From the NCBI GenBank assembly GCA_964016885.1, contig OZ024742.1:259842001-259906000 (forward strand): a stretch of DNA of 64,000 bases, written 5' to 3'. Each line of letters starts with the position of its first letter. The first letter of the stretch is position 1. Source of the stretch: Eledone cirrhosa (taxonomy: Eukaryota). Below the pieces are notes generated by a model. The model had not been told where the DNA came from. It saw nothing but the letters and a program-made list of their open reading frames with translations, and searched no databases. Below, piece after piece: positions 43,141-56,705 of this stretch. Made by a program: the position numbers and the translations under genes.

Positions 43141-44964
43141 TTCTTTCCCAGTTTGGATTCACCCACGCGATACCTCCCCTGGGAGCCAATGGTCTCTCTT
43201 TTGAGAATCACTGCTCTGTTCCTACTGACATTGACCCTTGCTTCTAGTTAATTGGAAAATGATTTGATTATCGATACAAAGTGATCTGGACAAACAGGTT
43301 TTTAGAGCATTTTCCACCTGAATACTCCGTTGACGGCATCAAGGCTGGAGTGTGTTAGCTCAATGAATACCTGACAACATCCATATCCTGCTTATAGCAC
43401 TACTCCGGCATCTGTCTTGCTGAAGATATTACATACATACACACATACACACATGCATATTACATACATGCACATGCATACGTATACTAACACATACATA
43501 CGCACATACATACATACATGCATATATGCATACATACATACATATATGCATACATGCATGCATGCATACATACATACATACATACATACATACATACATA
43601 CATACATACATACATACATACATACATACATACATACATACATTGATGATGGCTGCAACTCGATTTCTAGTAATACTATCGCTTGATACTTAAGCATGAG
43701 CATCACAGACGTGGCTTTTGAGTACTGCTAGGGACTTGCCTATGGCCAGCAATGCCATGCATCGCAATAAATGTCACATATCAAGCGATGCCTGTACTTG
43801 ACGCTTTTTTATGTGAGGAAAGGCTTTACACGGGGCCAACCCCACACTCTGAACATCCAAAAAGAAGATATGGCCTATATCATTGGATGCAAATGAAGTC
43901 GCAGGTTTTATATCAGAATGACCTTCTCCTAGAGAGATGTCTTAATGAAGACTAGGAGTCTCTCGCGCCACAAACAATTATATACATACATATACGTGAG
44001 AGAGAGAGGGGGGGGGGGAGACCTTCATCATTTCCGACAAACAGAATAGCCTACACATGAAATTAATGTATAAGTTGCTGAGTATTCCACTGATATGTAT
44101 GTATCCTAAACGTAGTTCACGGGGATATTCTGCGTGACACAATGTGCGGCAATGCTGTCTCCATGAATTATGTTTGATATCTCAGTGGAGTGGAGCAACG
44201 TGAAATAGAGTGTCTTGCTCAACATCGCACTGGGACTTGAAATCACAACTTTACCATCGTGAGTCGAATACCCAAACCATTAAGCCACGCAGTGTTCATA
44301 TATAAAATAGAGTAAACAAGCATAGTGATGTGTCTACTCACTGCAAGGTCCCTGTGTTACATTAATTCTATATCATATCTAGCTTCACCACTACCTCATT
44401 CACTTCTACAACCTACTACCACCACTACTACTACCACTACCTCATTCAGTACAACAACCTACTACCATGACTAGGGATACTACTACCACTATCTCATTCA
44501 TTACTACAATTTATTACCACCACTGCCTCATTCACAAGCACAAACTATAACCAATACCTGCCCTACTACTACCACTAACTCATTCACTGCCAATCTACCA
44601 CAACTGCAACTATCAAAACCTCTATAATAATACACTTGCTTCGTGTTTATCCGGTCTCCATGACATACCGCCACACCAACTACACCAACTACTACACCCA
44701 CTACTACACCAACTACACCAACCACACCTACACAATTTCGTATCCTTTCCTCTTAAACAGGATACAAGTAAATTATATTGTTTCCGGCGAATTAAATGCT
44801 CTGTATTTGTTAGTGAGAAGTTGAGAAGAAAGAAAGATATTGATACACGTCTGGTGAGAATGAAAGATATATAGAGAGCTCAGATGATGAGAAAGAGAGC
44901 TATAGATAGATATAGCTCTATTGGAGGAGGAGAGAGAGGGGGTATATTGAGGATTAGATAGATA

Positions 44965-45325
44965 TGTTTCTTTATTAGCCACAGGGGCACAAAAGAAGGG
45001 GACAAATACAAAGGGGGAAGTTTACATACAATAAAAACGTGTAAAATATTATCACAAATGCAATTTAAAAATTAGTCGATTTTCCCCAATAGGGGTAGAC
45101 AGTTCATATGGGTAACACATACCCCCGAAAAAATGTGCAACCCTCATCTCCAGGAGTACGAAGAGGTTGTACTCCCTTCCTCTTCTCCTCTTTTACCTCA
45201 ACCTACAGGCTGATATAGAGAGAAGGCCTATTCACTCGGGCCATTCTCGCCACTTTCACCCACCTTTCATAAAACTTGCTGGGGTGCAGCACCTCTCTTT
45301 CCATCCTGATTCTTCTTCCAAAGTG
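44965..45325 (-). mobile_element. 3' end of a Tx1/L1-like LINE inserted in (GATA)n
   Basis: Minus-strand RRIRMEREVLHPSKFYERWVKVARMARVN resembles an L1/Tx1 ORF2 C-terminus; 3' UTR shared with 8120-8340; (GATA)n on both sides. Confidence 0.65.
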
Positions 45326-45342
45326 GTAGATAGATGGATGGC

Positions 45343-45406
<64 letters not shown>

Positions 45407-45562
45407 GACAGAGAGAGAGAGAGAGAGAGGGGGGAGATAGAGAGAGAGAGAGAGAGGGGGGGAGAGAGAGAGAGAGAGAGAGGGAGAGAGAGGGAGAGAG
45501 AGGGATGGTGGTACTGGAGAGACAGAGAGAGGCATACACCTCTACTAGTGAGAGAGAAAGAG

Positions 45563-45635
<73 letters not shown>

Positions 45636-45745
45636 TATAATAGATATATAGATACAGTTCTGTTGGAAAAAAGAGAAAGAGTGGGGGAGAGAGGTATATG
45701 TATGAGAGAGAGAGAGAGATACGGCTGTATTGGGGAGAGAGGGGT

Positions 45746-45801
<56 letters not shown>

Positions 45802-46114
45802 ATAGAGGTGTAATGGAGTAATTGAGAGGTAAATATATAGATAAATACAATTAGATCTATTGCAGCGAAAGAAAAGAATAATGGCACCTCTGTTAGGTGC
45901 TGCACAACACGGGTTGCGTGCTCATTCCGAAACTAATTTTACTGCACAGGAAGAGAATGAACAGGAAGTGGAATTCTTTGCAAAGGGAGATTTCATTAAA
46001 TTATCAAACCAATACATTTCCGAAATATCTACATTCGTAATAAATCCATGAAAATCTATACATATGTTTGCATGCTTTACTTATAAATATGTATATATAT
46101 ATATATATATGTAT

Positions 46115-46166
<52 letters not shown>

Positions 46167-46401
46167 GCGTGCGTGTGTGTATGCGTCTGTGTACAAACAT
46201 ACAAATATTCACATATATGTAAGAATATATCAATATAAATATATACATGTGTGTGTGTATACATACAAGGATATATCCGTATGCATATATATATGCATCT
46301 ATATATATATAGAGAGAGAGAGAGAGAGATTTGTGTGTGTGTTTATGATATTTATATATATAAAGATTCATATATACGTATTCATATATATGTATATATA
46401 A

Positions 46402-46515
<114 letters not shown>

Positions 46516-47596
46516 ATAAATGTGTATGATGATGATGAGGATAATGATGGTGGTGCTGGTTGTGGTGAGAGTTATGATGGTGAGGATAATGATAATGATG
46601 ATGGCGATGGTGGTGGTGATGATGATGGTAATGATGATGATGATGATGGTTATGGTTGTAGATCTTTTGTCGATTACGATGATCAAAATATTTTGTTGGT
46701 CAATAAATTAACATAAGTGGATCAGTATTCCGCAGACACACGTGTCTTTAACGTAATTCTCAAGCTGAATCAACGCAACACAATATCTAATAAGGCTGGA
46801 CCTTTACATTACAGGTACAATCCAACCATTGGGCTTCCACATAGTTTCTGTTTACCCAATTATCTCTAAATATTTCGACACCTTACCTGTGAATGTTTCT
46901 TGTTACTGTCAATAGCTGGCGCTTTTCTATAACAAACGATCACTTCTCTAGCTGCCATTGATAGCTTCGTCTTGGATACAACTGCTGAGATCACACATCA
47001 TCACCATCATCATCCTCACCATGACCATCATAATAATCACCACCAATCATCACCACCATCACCACTACCATCACCACCACCATCACCACCTTCACCACCA
47101 CCACTATCACCCCCATCACCACCACCAAAATTACCGTCATAATCATCATCAACATTAACACCATCCTCGTCATCACAGTCATAATCATCATCATTATCAT
47201 CACCACCTCCACAACCACCATCACCACCACCATCACCACCACCATCACCACCACCATCACCACCATCACCACCACCATCACCGTCATAATTATCATCATC
47301 ATTACCACCGCCACCACCACAACCATTATCACCACCACCATTATCACCACCACCACTACCATCATCATGACACACATATATATATATATACACGTCGACC
47401 CAAGCCATGGCAACCAAATCTGATATTTGGTTATCTCCCGCTCCTCTGCGTTATGAGCGGTGTAACATATAATAAAACGTTTTGTTGAAGGACACAAAAT
47501 GCCGCACGAAATTGAATTCTGGACATTACGACAGTGAATCGCTCACCTCTAGACACTAAACCCCGTGACTTCACTCTAAACTATATTGCTCTATAA

Positions 47597-47905
47597 CAGG
47601 GGCGTGCAACAGGCGACCCACGGGCCACAATCCGGCCCGCCAGACCAGTCAGAGTGGCCCGCGATGATCGTTTTTAATTTTTACCTTGTAGGTAATACAA
47701 TTTTCTGTTAGTTGATCTATACTAAAGGGCTTCACTGACAGGGTTATGTGTGATATAATTTCCCAGTCTCATGTTAAGGAAAGAAGTTGTGGTTTTCATT
47801 AGATCATGGTTTTCATTAGATTACATATTTTTTACAGTGACTGGCCCTAATAGTTGTTCCAATGTTCAAAAGTGGCCCGCCAATGAAATATGTTGCACAC
47901 CCCTG
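47597..47905. mobile_element. hAT-type MITE
   Basis: TIRs caggggcgtgcaaca / tgttgcacacccctg; ggcccgc subterminal motifs; 8-bp TSD ctctataa/ctctgtaa. Confidence 0.9.
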
Positions 47906-48014
47906 CTCTGTAACAGTTGCTTTCCAAAACAAGTATAATTGTTATATTTTTTCCAGTATAAAATTAGATATTTCAACTTTCATAACTAATTTTTTTCTAT
48001 ATTTTTCCCCTTAG

Positions 48015-48350
48015 GATTGAGTGGTTTGGTGGAATCCATGACAAAGTCTGCAAGTTTAGGCGGACAACAGGTTCTGAACTGCCACGTTTCCTTACCGGAA
48101 GGGAAGAAGAAGCCCCACGTGATCCAGTGGAATAAAGCTAAACTTGACCAACCTGTCTACCTACGTTACTACAATTACCCACCACAGATAAACAGCCTTT
48201 TCGAAGGTCGGCTGAAGATAATCCATGGTATGTCGTTAGAAATAAGTCATATTCGAACAAAGGATCAAGGCTGGTACGAGTGCAGAGTAATATTCTTGGA
48301 CACCGAAAAAATAACGGAAAACGGCACGTGGGTTTATCTCAACGTAAACA
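48015..48350 (+). CDS. tutl: Internal coding exon: first Ig (V/I-set) domain of a Turtle/IGSF9-like cell-adhesion protein
   Basis: Polypyrimidine tract and ttag acceptor at 48014, gtaagt donor at 48351, 336 bp, phase 1 to phase 1. Protein ASLGGQQVLNCHV..P.G...PHVIQWNK...PVYLRYYNYPPQI...FEGRL...SLEISHIRTKDQGWYECRVIFL...NGTWVYLNV has the Ig C/W/DxGxYxC motifs and the NGTW motif I recognise from Turtle-family Ig1. Orthology is not verified. Confidence 0.8.
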
Positions 48351-48924
48351 GTAAGTAGAGGCATAATTTTACTTATCATTTTTATATATAATTTCCTATG
48401 TGTTATTTTCAGGTTGATACAATTATTTCAGTGAAGGCGTGTGGCTTTGTGGTTAGGGTATTCACCCCACAATCGTAAGATCATGGGTTCGATTCCCGGT
48501 TGTGCGTTGTGTCCTTGAGCAAGACACTTTATTTCATGTTGCTCCAGCTGGCAAAAAAGGAGTTGTACCGGCTATTCGAAGGGCCAACCTTGTCAGATTC
48601 TGTCGCATTGGATCTACCTGAGAACTACATTAAGAGTACGCGTGTCTGTGGAATGCACAGCCACTTGAAATAAAATCTGACATATTTACGCAGTCTTGGT
48701 TGCTTCTATGTTGTATATATGTAGATAACTTTATCGCACACTTTGGTTGCTTAGCGCACAACTGAATATATATCAAAATTCACTATAAATATGAGCGCTA
48801 CTAGTATATAAATTAGTACATTTATTTTAGTGATACTTGGTTATGTGATAGGGTATATAGGCCTCTTCGAAAATCGATTGAAGATGCTTTTAAATTCTAA
48901 CATATCTTTATTATTATCGGTAGA

Positions 48925-50192
48925 GGGCGGTGGATTGGCAGTATCGGTAGAGGCTCGGACGCCATGCTTTGCAGCAAAGAGTTACGGCCCTTTATGGTCT
49001 GAGTTCAAATCCCGCCGAGGTGACTTTGCCTTTCATCCTTACGGGGTCGATAAAATAAAGTACCAGTAATGCTCTGGGTAATTTGCTGGCCTTGTGCCAA
49101 AAGTAGAAACAATTATTATCGGTAGAGGGTCGGACGCCATGCTTTGCAGCATAGAGTTACAGCCCTTTATGATCTGAGTTCAAATCTAACCGAGGTTAAC
49201 TTTGCCTTTCATCCTTACGGAGTCGATAAAATAAAGTACCAGTCACGCACTGGAGTCTATTTAATCGACTTCCCCCTCCCCCAAAATTGCTGGCCTTGTG
49301 CCTATATAAGAAACCATTATTATAAGGGCGGTGGATTGGCAGTACCGGTAGAGCGTCAGACACCATGCTTTGCAGCATAGAGTTATTTCCCTTTACGTTC
49401 TGGGTTCAAATCCTACCGAGGTTAACTTTGCCTTTCATTCTTACGGGGTCGATAAAATAAAGCAACAGCATTGTGCCAAAAAATGTAGAAACAATTATTA
49501 TATAAGTTTAAAGTAGATTCCATGCTGAGGTTTGATAGCGAGAGAGGTATGTGATTAACTAAAGTTTATGCCGAGTTCAGATTAAGAAGACACGAGGAAA
49601 TAACTACAGTATATACTGCCTTAAATTACTACCTAAATACAAATACCTTGGATACAGGACTAACAATCCAAGGATGGTTTTGCTGGGGGTAAAAACAAAA
49701 CTTCTGATTAACAAACAATATGATGGTATTAAAAATTCTGCTGTTTAAATTCAATTTAAATTTCAGATTCCAAATTAGGATTTTATATATAATTTTTAAA
49801 TAAATTCAACAGGTGGATTAACACTATCGGGAGAGCATAGGACACCATGCTTCGCGGCACAGTGTTACGGCCCTTTACAATCCCACCGAGGTTAGCTTTG
49901 CCTTTCATTCTTTCGGGGTCGATAAAGTAAAGTACTAATAACGCACTGGTGTCGATTTAATTGACTTTCCCCTCCCCCCAAAATTGTTGACCTTTTGCCT
50001 CAATCAGAAACCATTATTATGCAATCGTGGATTGGCAGTATCAGTAGAGCGTCAGACACCATGCTTTGCAGCATAGAGTAATGGCCCTTTATGTTCTGAG
50101 TTCAAATCCCGCTGAGGTTAACTTTGCCTTTCATCCTTACCAGTAATGCACTGGGATTATTGCTGGCCTTGTGCCAAAAGTAGAAACAATTA
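48925..50192 (+). mobile_element. Cluster of about five head-to-tail SINE family 1 copies
   Basis: Copies start near 48925, 49118, 49327, 49812 and 50025. Confidence 0.85.
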
Positions 50193-50269
50193 TCACGCAA
50201 TCGTATAGAATAGCTTATGTTGCTCATTACTGCTCTCTGAACACTGAGTCGTAATCTCAACGAGGTCGT

Positions 50270-50604
50270 CATTTTGGGGTCGATAGATAAAGTACCAGTC
50301 TAGTACTGGGGTCCATTCTTCCTTTCTCCTTCTCTTTCTCTCTCTCTCAGACATCTGCTGTGTTCCGACATGTAAAGATGAGGGCAGTGCTTTTGCCAAT
50401 CCATTAAGAGTTCAGAGTCCATTTTGAGATCGATAAATAAAGTACCAGTCCAGTACTGGGGTTCATTATTCCTTTCTCTCTCTCAGAGATCTGCTGTGTT
50501 CCGACATGTAAAGATGAGGGCAGTGCCCTTGACAATCCATTAAGAGTTCAGAGTCCATTTTGAGATCGATAAATAAAGTACCAGTCTAGTACTGGGGTCC
50601 ATTA

Positions 50605-50671
<67 letters not shown>

Positions 50672-50748
50672 CTCCGAGATCTGCTGTGTTCCGACATGTA
50701 AAGATAAGGGCAGTGCCCTTGCCAATCCATTAGGAGTTCAGAGTCCAT
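50270..50748. repeat. Three tandem copies of an about 150-bp unit beginning with a SINE family 1 fragment
   Basis: tcgataaataaagtaccagtc...ctgctgtgttccgacatgtaaagat...agttcagagtccat occurs three times. Confidence 0.85.
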
Positions 50749-50962
50749 GGAGTAGTAGTAGCAGCAGCAGCTGTCGTTGTTGTCGGCGGCGGCACCTTAC
50801 TATCATTATTGTTACCGATACATTTCCGAAGCCTGCGTGTGCGGATTCTGTTTGTGTCAGATTCCTGGCAGAGAAATACTGCTAATTACATCTTTACTTG
50901 ATGCATTCTTTTAACAACTTTTGAAATTTCTGTTGAGAACAAATAAAATAGAAGCAAAGGCG

Positions 50963-51007
<45 letters not shown>

Positions 51008-51148
51008 ACACACACAACACACACAACACACACACACACATACACACAACACACACACACACACATACACATACACACACATACACGCATGCACACACAC
51101 AAACACTCATATATATACGTATATATATGCATATATATATACATATAT

Positions 51149-51194
<46 letters not shown>

Positions 51195-51346
51195 ATACTT
51201 TGGGAGGGTCATGTTGCCAATAAGAAACACACGCACCAGTTGCTTTCACTTCAATTTATTATTATAATAAATTTATAATAAATTTATAAATTTATAAATT
51301 TCTGGTTGGTTGGTTGGTTCCACAACCAGATAGTTGTTTATATATT

Positions 51347-51389
51347 GTCATAGTTCTTTCGTCACACACTCTGTGACCTCTTCAGTGAC
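51347..51389 (-). ncRNA. Family C minimal hammerhead motif, best-preserved copy
   Basis: gtca-CTGAAGA-g-gtcaca/gagtg/tgtgac-GAAA-gaac-TA-tgac. Confidence 0.75.
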
Positions 51390-51436
51390 TGGGAATTCTT
51401 GCTAAACAAATTCAGAAACGAAATATATATATATAT

Positions 51437-51625
51437 AACGAAGGAAATGTGGTAAGGAACCAGGTGGACCATAACGCACCAAAGTACTCAATACTTGGGG
51501 TAGTAGAGTGGGTAATAGGAACAAGTAAGACCCCGAGGGCTGAGCTCAAGCCGTTTCGACGGCTAATTCTGTACAGAATTAGCCGTCGAAACGGCTTGAG
51601 CTCAGCCGTCGGGGTCTTACTTGTT

Positions 51626-51628
<3 letters not shown>
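51437..51628. mobile_element. Family A hairpin insertion in (TA)n
   Basis: Full minus arm followed by an inverted partial arm ending gttcctat. Confidence 0.9.
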
Positions 51629-51683
<55 letters not shown>

Positions 51684-52369
51684 ATGAAATCGCTTTGTCA
51701 GCTGTCCTAAACAAACGACTTTCAATTAAAACAGGATTTGTTCTTTGGCTAAGAACTAAAGCTTACTAATATAATCTAGTTGTTATTTGCTTGTGTTTTT
51801 GTTTTTGTCATTATCGTTGTTCTTGCTGTTGTTATTGTTGTTGTTGATGTTTTTGTTGTTGTTGTCAGTAAACATCAGTTCCTACACACTTTAATGATGA
51901 TTTTTTGTTGATGTCTACACAATATAAATAGTGCATCTCTGAGTCTCTGTGTATGTGCTTGCATGAGCAATAGTGTTTATTTCTCTGTGTATCTGCATGT
52001 GAGTAGGTGTGTCATGCCTGTATGTGTGTGAGTTTGTTGTGCCTGTATGTGTGTATCTATACCTGTCTATGTGTGTGTGTTTGTATCTCTGTATGTGTGT
52101 GAATATGCGTGTGGGCGTGTGTATATGCTTATATAAGTGTGTGTGTATGTGTCACTATAAGTTGAGTTACGTAATTGTTTCTACTGTTTGGCACAAGACC
52201 AGCAATTGCCCAGTGTATTACTGGTACTTTATTTTATCGACTCCGTAATAATCGAAAGTCACATTTAGGTGTGTCGTATTAGTAAGGCATTCCTTCCTCG
52301 TCTTCCTTCTTTTCGTCTTCCTCCTTCTCACCCTCGTCCTTCTTTTATCTCTTTCTTCTCCTTCTTCTC

Positions 52370-52500
52370 ATTCTCCTTCTTCTCCTCAGGACTCCTTATG
52401 GAGTATTCGTCGACGAGAGCCCTCCATTTCACACGATTGCAAACCCTATCACCTGCCGGTTCTGCCAGGTCCTGCCAGTTCTGGCTTACTTTACCACACC
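52370..52500 (-). mobile_element. RTE-like LINE 3' end fragment
   Basis: Minus strand GRTW...NRVKWRALVD followed by a GAA-rich tail. Confidence 0.55.
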
Positions 52501-52680
52501 TCACCCGGTTCAGGCATCCATTGAAGGGAGGTGCTCACTGCTCACTTCAGTAAGGTTGCCTAATATTACATGAAGGCACAATATATTTTATGTCAGGCCA
52601 CCGACCAGGATGATGTTGTTGCGTTATGGCTCTCTTAGCATCTACATCCAACTCACAATGTTCCAACACATCTCGCTGGA

Positions 52681-52729
<49 letters not shown>

Positions 52730-52783
52730 ATATACACACATATATATATACATACATATATAGAGAGCGAGAGACATACATAT

Positions 52784-52844
<61 letters not shown>

Positions 52845-52847
<3 letters not shown>

Positions 52848-53062
52848 CGAAGGAAATGTGGTAAGGAACCAGGTGGACCATAACGCACCAAAGTACTCAA
52901 TACTTAGGGTAGTAGAGTGGGTAATAGGAACGAGTAGGACCCCGACGGCTGAGCTCAAGCCGTTTCGACGGCTAATTCTGGACTAAAGCCGTTTCGACGG
53001 CTAATTCTGGACTAATTAGCCGTCGAAACGGCTTGAGCTCAGCCGTCGGGGTCCTACTCGTT

Positions 53063-53066
<4 letters not shown>
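52845..53066. mobile_element. Family A hairpin insertion with a small duplication at the turn
   Basis: Full minus arm, repeated aagccgtttcgacggctaattctggacta, inverted partial arm ending gttcctat. Confidence 0.9.
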
Positions 53067-53126
<60 letters not shown>

Positions 53127-53144
53127 CATATATATATATATATA

Positions 53145-53860
53145 TGTGCTCAGGCACTGCCGAATGGACTTTGGCAGTTTCGACCCCTACCAACGGTACT
53201 ACTGGCGCACCGGGGCCACAGCGTCTGACACAAGCCAAACACTGTCCAGTGGATTAAGAGACGAGAGACAAAACATTAATTTATAGCAATTAAGCTACAA
53301 GTACACATAGAATTTTATTTCAGGTCATAGAAAAATTGTGGTGCCTCTTATAGCACGAGAGTCATAAATGAAACTAAGAAAAATAGAAAAAAAAGAAAGG
53401 AAGAAAAAGGCTAGGAAAGAAAAGTAAGATATCTTATTAAAAAATGTGTAAGGTATTGCAATAAATGGGGCGGGAGATAACACGTTCGTCAATTAGTATT
53501 GATAGACTTAATAAACATATCAAAGAGAGGACAAGACAACGAACGAAAAACAATTTTTTAAGAGAAAACCTTGAAAAAAATTTTTTTTTAAATAAAAATA
53601 CAAATGAAGGACACATAACTCCAGGGTCATCGGCCGTTGCGATGGACTTTGGCAGTTTCGTTCCCTACCAACGGTGCTACTGGCCCACCCGGGGTCACAG
53701 CGTCTGACACAAACCAAATGCTTTCCATTGGAGTAAGAGATGAGAGACAAAACATTAATTTAGAGCAATTAAGCTACAATAAGTACACATACAAATGTTA
53801 CGTGGCGTCAGAGAAAAAGTGTGATGTCTCTTATAGCACGAGAGTCGTGAATTAAACAAA
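53145..53860 (-). mobile_element. About 478-bp monomer plus partial direct repeat with hammerhead-like remnants
   Basis: 53160-53370 is repeated at 53638-53850; minus strand ...gacccc/ggggtc-GAAA-ctgccaaag-TC, but the CUGANGA box is degenerate. Confidence 0.55.
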
Positions 53861-54580
53861 GAAAAAGCTTCTCTGTGTGTATGTGTGCCTGTGTGTGTAT
53901 CTATGTATGTGCACGCACGTGTTTGTGTGTATGTGCACGCACATGTGTGTGAGTCTAGGCATATCTATACGTGAATATAGGTGGATATTACAATTTCCTT
54001 TCGGCTATTTCCGTAATGTGGTACTATAATATATAAAAGCTTCTTTCGGTTGAACAACTAATATTTCTATAAAGCTCTTTACTATCATTTGGATCACTCT
54101 CAAAATATTGTCTTTGTTCTTTCAATCGAATCGGTGGTAGACTTGTACTATTCCTGTCTATATTGTTATCTATTTAGATCGTCTTTCTCTCAGTTTTTCC
54201 ATTAAGCTTTCCAACAATTCAAGAATTCTATTAGATTATTCCAAACAATTACAGATATATAACGGCTATTTTACTGCAATGAAAGACGAAATACTCTGGT
54301 GGTTATGATCCTATCGTCAAATTTCATATCTTACTGAAACCAAAGTGGAAGTCAATTGTTATAGATATATTCTTATATATACGTGAAGGTGCCTATCTCA
54401 GTAGATAGCGTGTGTTCGTCACTTGGTCGTAAGTTTGATTCCCGTATCTGGCAGAACGTTGTGTTCTCTAACGTAACATTTTATTTCCCATTACTCCAGT
54501 TCACTTAGCTGTGTTGTGAAGAAACAGCTACCAAGCTGTATCAACCTTTGCCCATCTCTTGAACAGTTTATATAGTGTAT

Positions 54581-54661
<81 letters not shown>

Positions 54662-54665
<4 letters not shown>

Positions 54666-55176
54666 TTTACTTGTTCTGCTTATCTTAATATTAAAGTTCT
54701 GGTGTATCAAATTAACACCATTGAACAACCTTGAATCATAGACAACCTATGGATTTCTAGGGGTACCTAATATCCCTGGACATATTAACTTCTATCTTTT
54801 TCTCCGTCCGTTGAGAACAACCCTGTTGCTCTACTTGGCTGCTATTTTTTTAGTAGTAATTGTAGACAGCAAGTCTTTGATTTTCCCGCTTTTACTTCGG
54901 TCCAGTTTACATACGGGTCAATTTTACGACCTTTCAGACCTTTATTAGCTGGCAGGAGGTTGTATATTTTGTCGTTCCTGGGACGTTTAGCCCTAGGAAG
55001 GGAAAATGCTTCTCTGATGAGCTTTGGTTTTCCATCATAAATCCATCGGATTTATGAGGTTTTACAAAGCGAAACTGATCAGTAAGGGACACTAGGAGAG
55101 GTAAATATTTATATTATATTTTTTAATGTATTTTGAAAAATTGATTGAATTTTACTTGTTCTGCTTATCTTAATAT
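54662..55176 (+). mobile_element. Retrozyme-like non-coding element: 485-bp monomer with 28-bp terminal redundancy in (TA)n
   Basis: attttacttgttctgcttatcttaatat at 54664-54691 and 55149-55176; contains an intact HHR. Confidence 0.75.
55010..55088 (+). ncRNA. Type I hammerhead ribozyme motif, intact core
   Basis: ttct-CTGATGA-gctttg...(tcataaatcc/atc/ggatttatga)...caaagc-GAAA-ctgatcag-TA-aggg: palindromic stem III actgatcagt, GUA triplet. Confidence 0.85.
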
Positions 55177-55629
55177 ATATATATATATAAAATTGCAAGT
55201 TTGAAGAATTATTAGATAAAATATATGCAATATTTCCTCTCCCTAGTCCGTATAAATCAACCACATAAATAATCATTTAAACGTGGCTATAAGTTAAAAA
55301 TGTAACTATAAAGAAATAATACACAAATGATACAGACTATCTTCCGCGAGGGATAACCAGATAAAATTTACCTAGTCATTTCTTTTAGCCCGTAGAAATT
55401 GACTAGACAAATAATCAACTACACGGAATTAGGTATAAAATAGAAGTTTGAAGAAAAAAATGCATATAAACTTTACATACATATATATGTATGTATATAT
55501 ATATATGGTGTTTTTATATATATATGTGTGTATGTGTGTATGTATGTATATATATATATGGTGTTTTTATATATATATGTGTGTATGTGTGTATGTATGT
55601 ATATATGTATATATGTATGTATATATGTA

Positions 55630-55680
<51 letters not shown>

Positions 55681-55685
55681 TATAT

Positions 55686-55880
55686 GAAGGCGTGTGGCTG
55701 AGTGGTTAGAGAATTGAATTCGCAGTCTTGAGGTTGTAAGTTCGATTCCCGGACCGGGCGATACGTTATGTCTTTGAGCAAGACATTTTATTTCACGTTG
55801 CTCCTTCTACCCGGAGTTGCGACCGATAGATAGTACTAGCAACTGGAAAGACCGATTTGACGAAAGTCGATCGATAAAAA
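55686..55880 (+). mobile_element. CORE-type SINE subfamily (second copy at 63716-63925)
   Basis: A box tggctgagtgg, B box agttcgattcc, shared tail ttgcgaccgatagatagta.tagcaactggaaagaccg. Confidence 0.85.
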
Positions 55881-55913
55881 ATAAAAAAAAATATGTAGTA
55901 ATGTATATATATA

Positions 55914-56103
55914 GTAACAATATTTTCGAAACAGCGAGTTGGTTTGAAATTATTAGAAATGTAAGCTTCGCCGTATTTTGACTAAAGAAATTATTTAGCC
56001 TGATAGTGGGGTTAAGAACCCTCGGAGAAATGGAAAAAGATGAGTATTGTACGTCAATTTCTAACAATTTCAAACCAACTCGCTGTTTCGAAAATATTCT
56101 TAC
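55914..56103. repeat. Short element with about 48-bp inverted ends in (TA)n; related to 29715-29858 and 31081-31110
   Basis: aatattttcgaaacagcgagttggtttgaaatt versus aatttcaaaccaactcgctgtttcgaaaatatt. Confidence 0.75.
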
Positions 56104-56331
56104 TATATATATATATACATTACTACATATATATATATATACATTACTATATATATATATATATATGTAAATATTTTCCGAACAGTATAGTATAACTGAA
56201 CAAATAATATTTGATATACCTCTTCACAAATAATATTGCGAAATATATATATATATTTATATATATATATATATATATAGTAATGTATATATATATATAT
56301 ATAGTAATGTATATATATATATATAGTAATG

Positions 56332-56366
<35 letters not shown>

Positions 56367-56451
56367 AAAAGGTAAACAGAAATAACAACACAATCGGTAC
56401 AGTATATGGAAGGGATATATTAGGTTAACGCTTGATATAGCAGGAAGAGGG

Positions 56452-56487
56452 TCTTAACGTTTCGGACGCTAGTCCTACATCAGAAGA
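56452..56487 (-). ncRNA. Minimal PLE-type hammerhead motif with a variant core
   Basis: tctt-CTGATGT-a-ggac/tagc/gtcc-GAAA-cg-TT-aaga. Confidence 0.65.
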
Positions 56488-56600
56488 AAGAATGAGAAAT
56501 AAGATAGATTGAGGGAACGGGTGGGTTTGAATTAGAAAATTGAAGGTACTAGGGTGGAAGTGAAAAATAGACGGGTGAGAAGAAGGTGGTATAAGAATAT

Positions 56601-56705
56601 TTACAAGGGTCAACTGAAAAGTTCATAGGTTGAAACGTTCATAGGCTGACCAAGATACTCTCATGGAATGTCAAAATGTGGTTTATTTCTCAACATAATC
56701 CCTGG
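56601..56705. mobile_element. Possible Tc1/mariner terminal fragment
   Basis: ta-caagggtcaactgaaaagttc and tttatttctcaacataatcccc resemble mariner-type ends; no second TIR found. Confidence 0.4.

Noticed and set aside
45860-46051. Possible upstream exon of the Ig gene
   Set aside because: Non-repetitive 63-aa ORF but no signal peptide, recognisable domain or clear donor site; unsupported.
46958-47497. His-rich or Gly/Asp-rich protein exon
   Set aside because: (CAC/CAT)n low-complexity tract without credible splice context; the same applies to 17837-18169, 41109-41470 and poly-E at 41794-42084.
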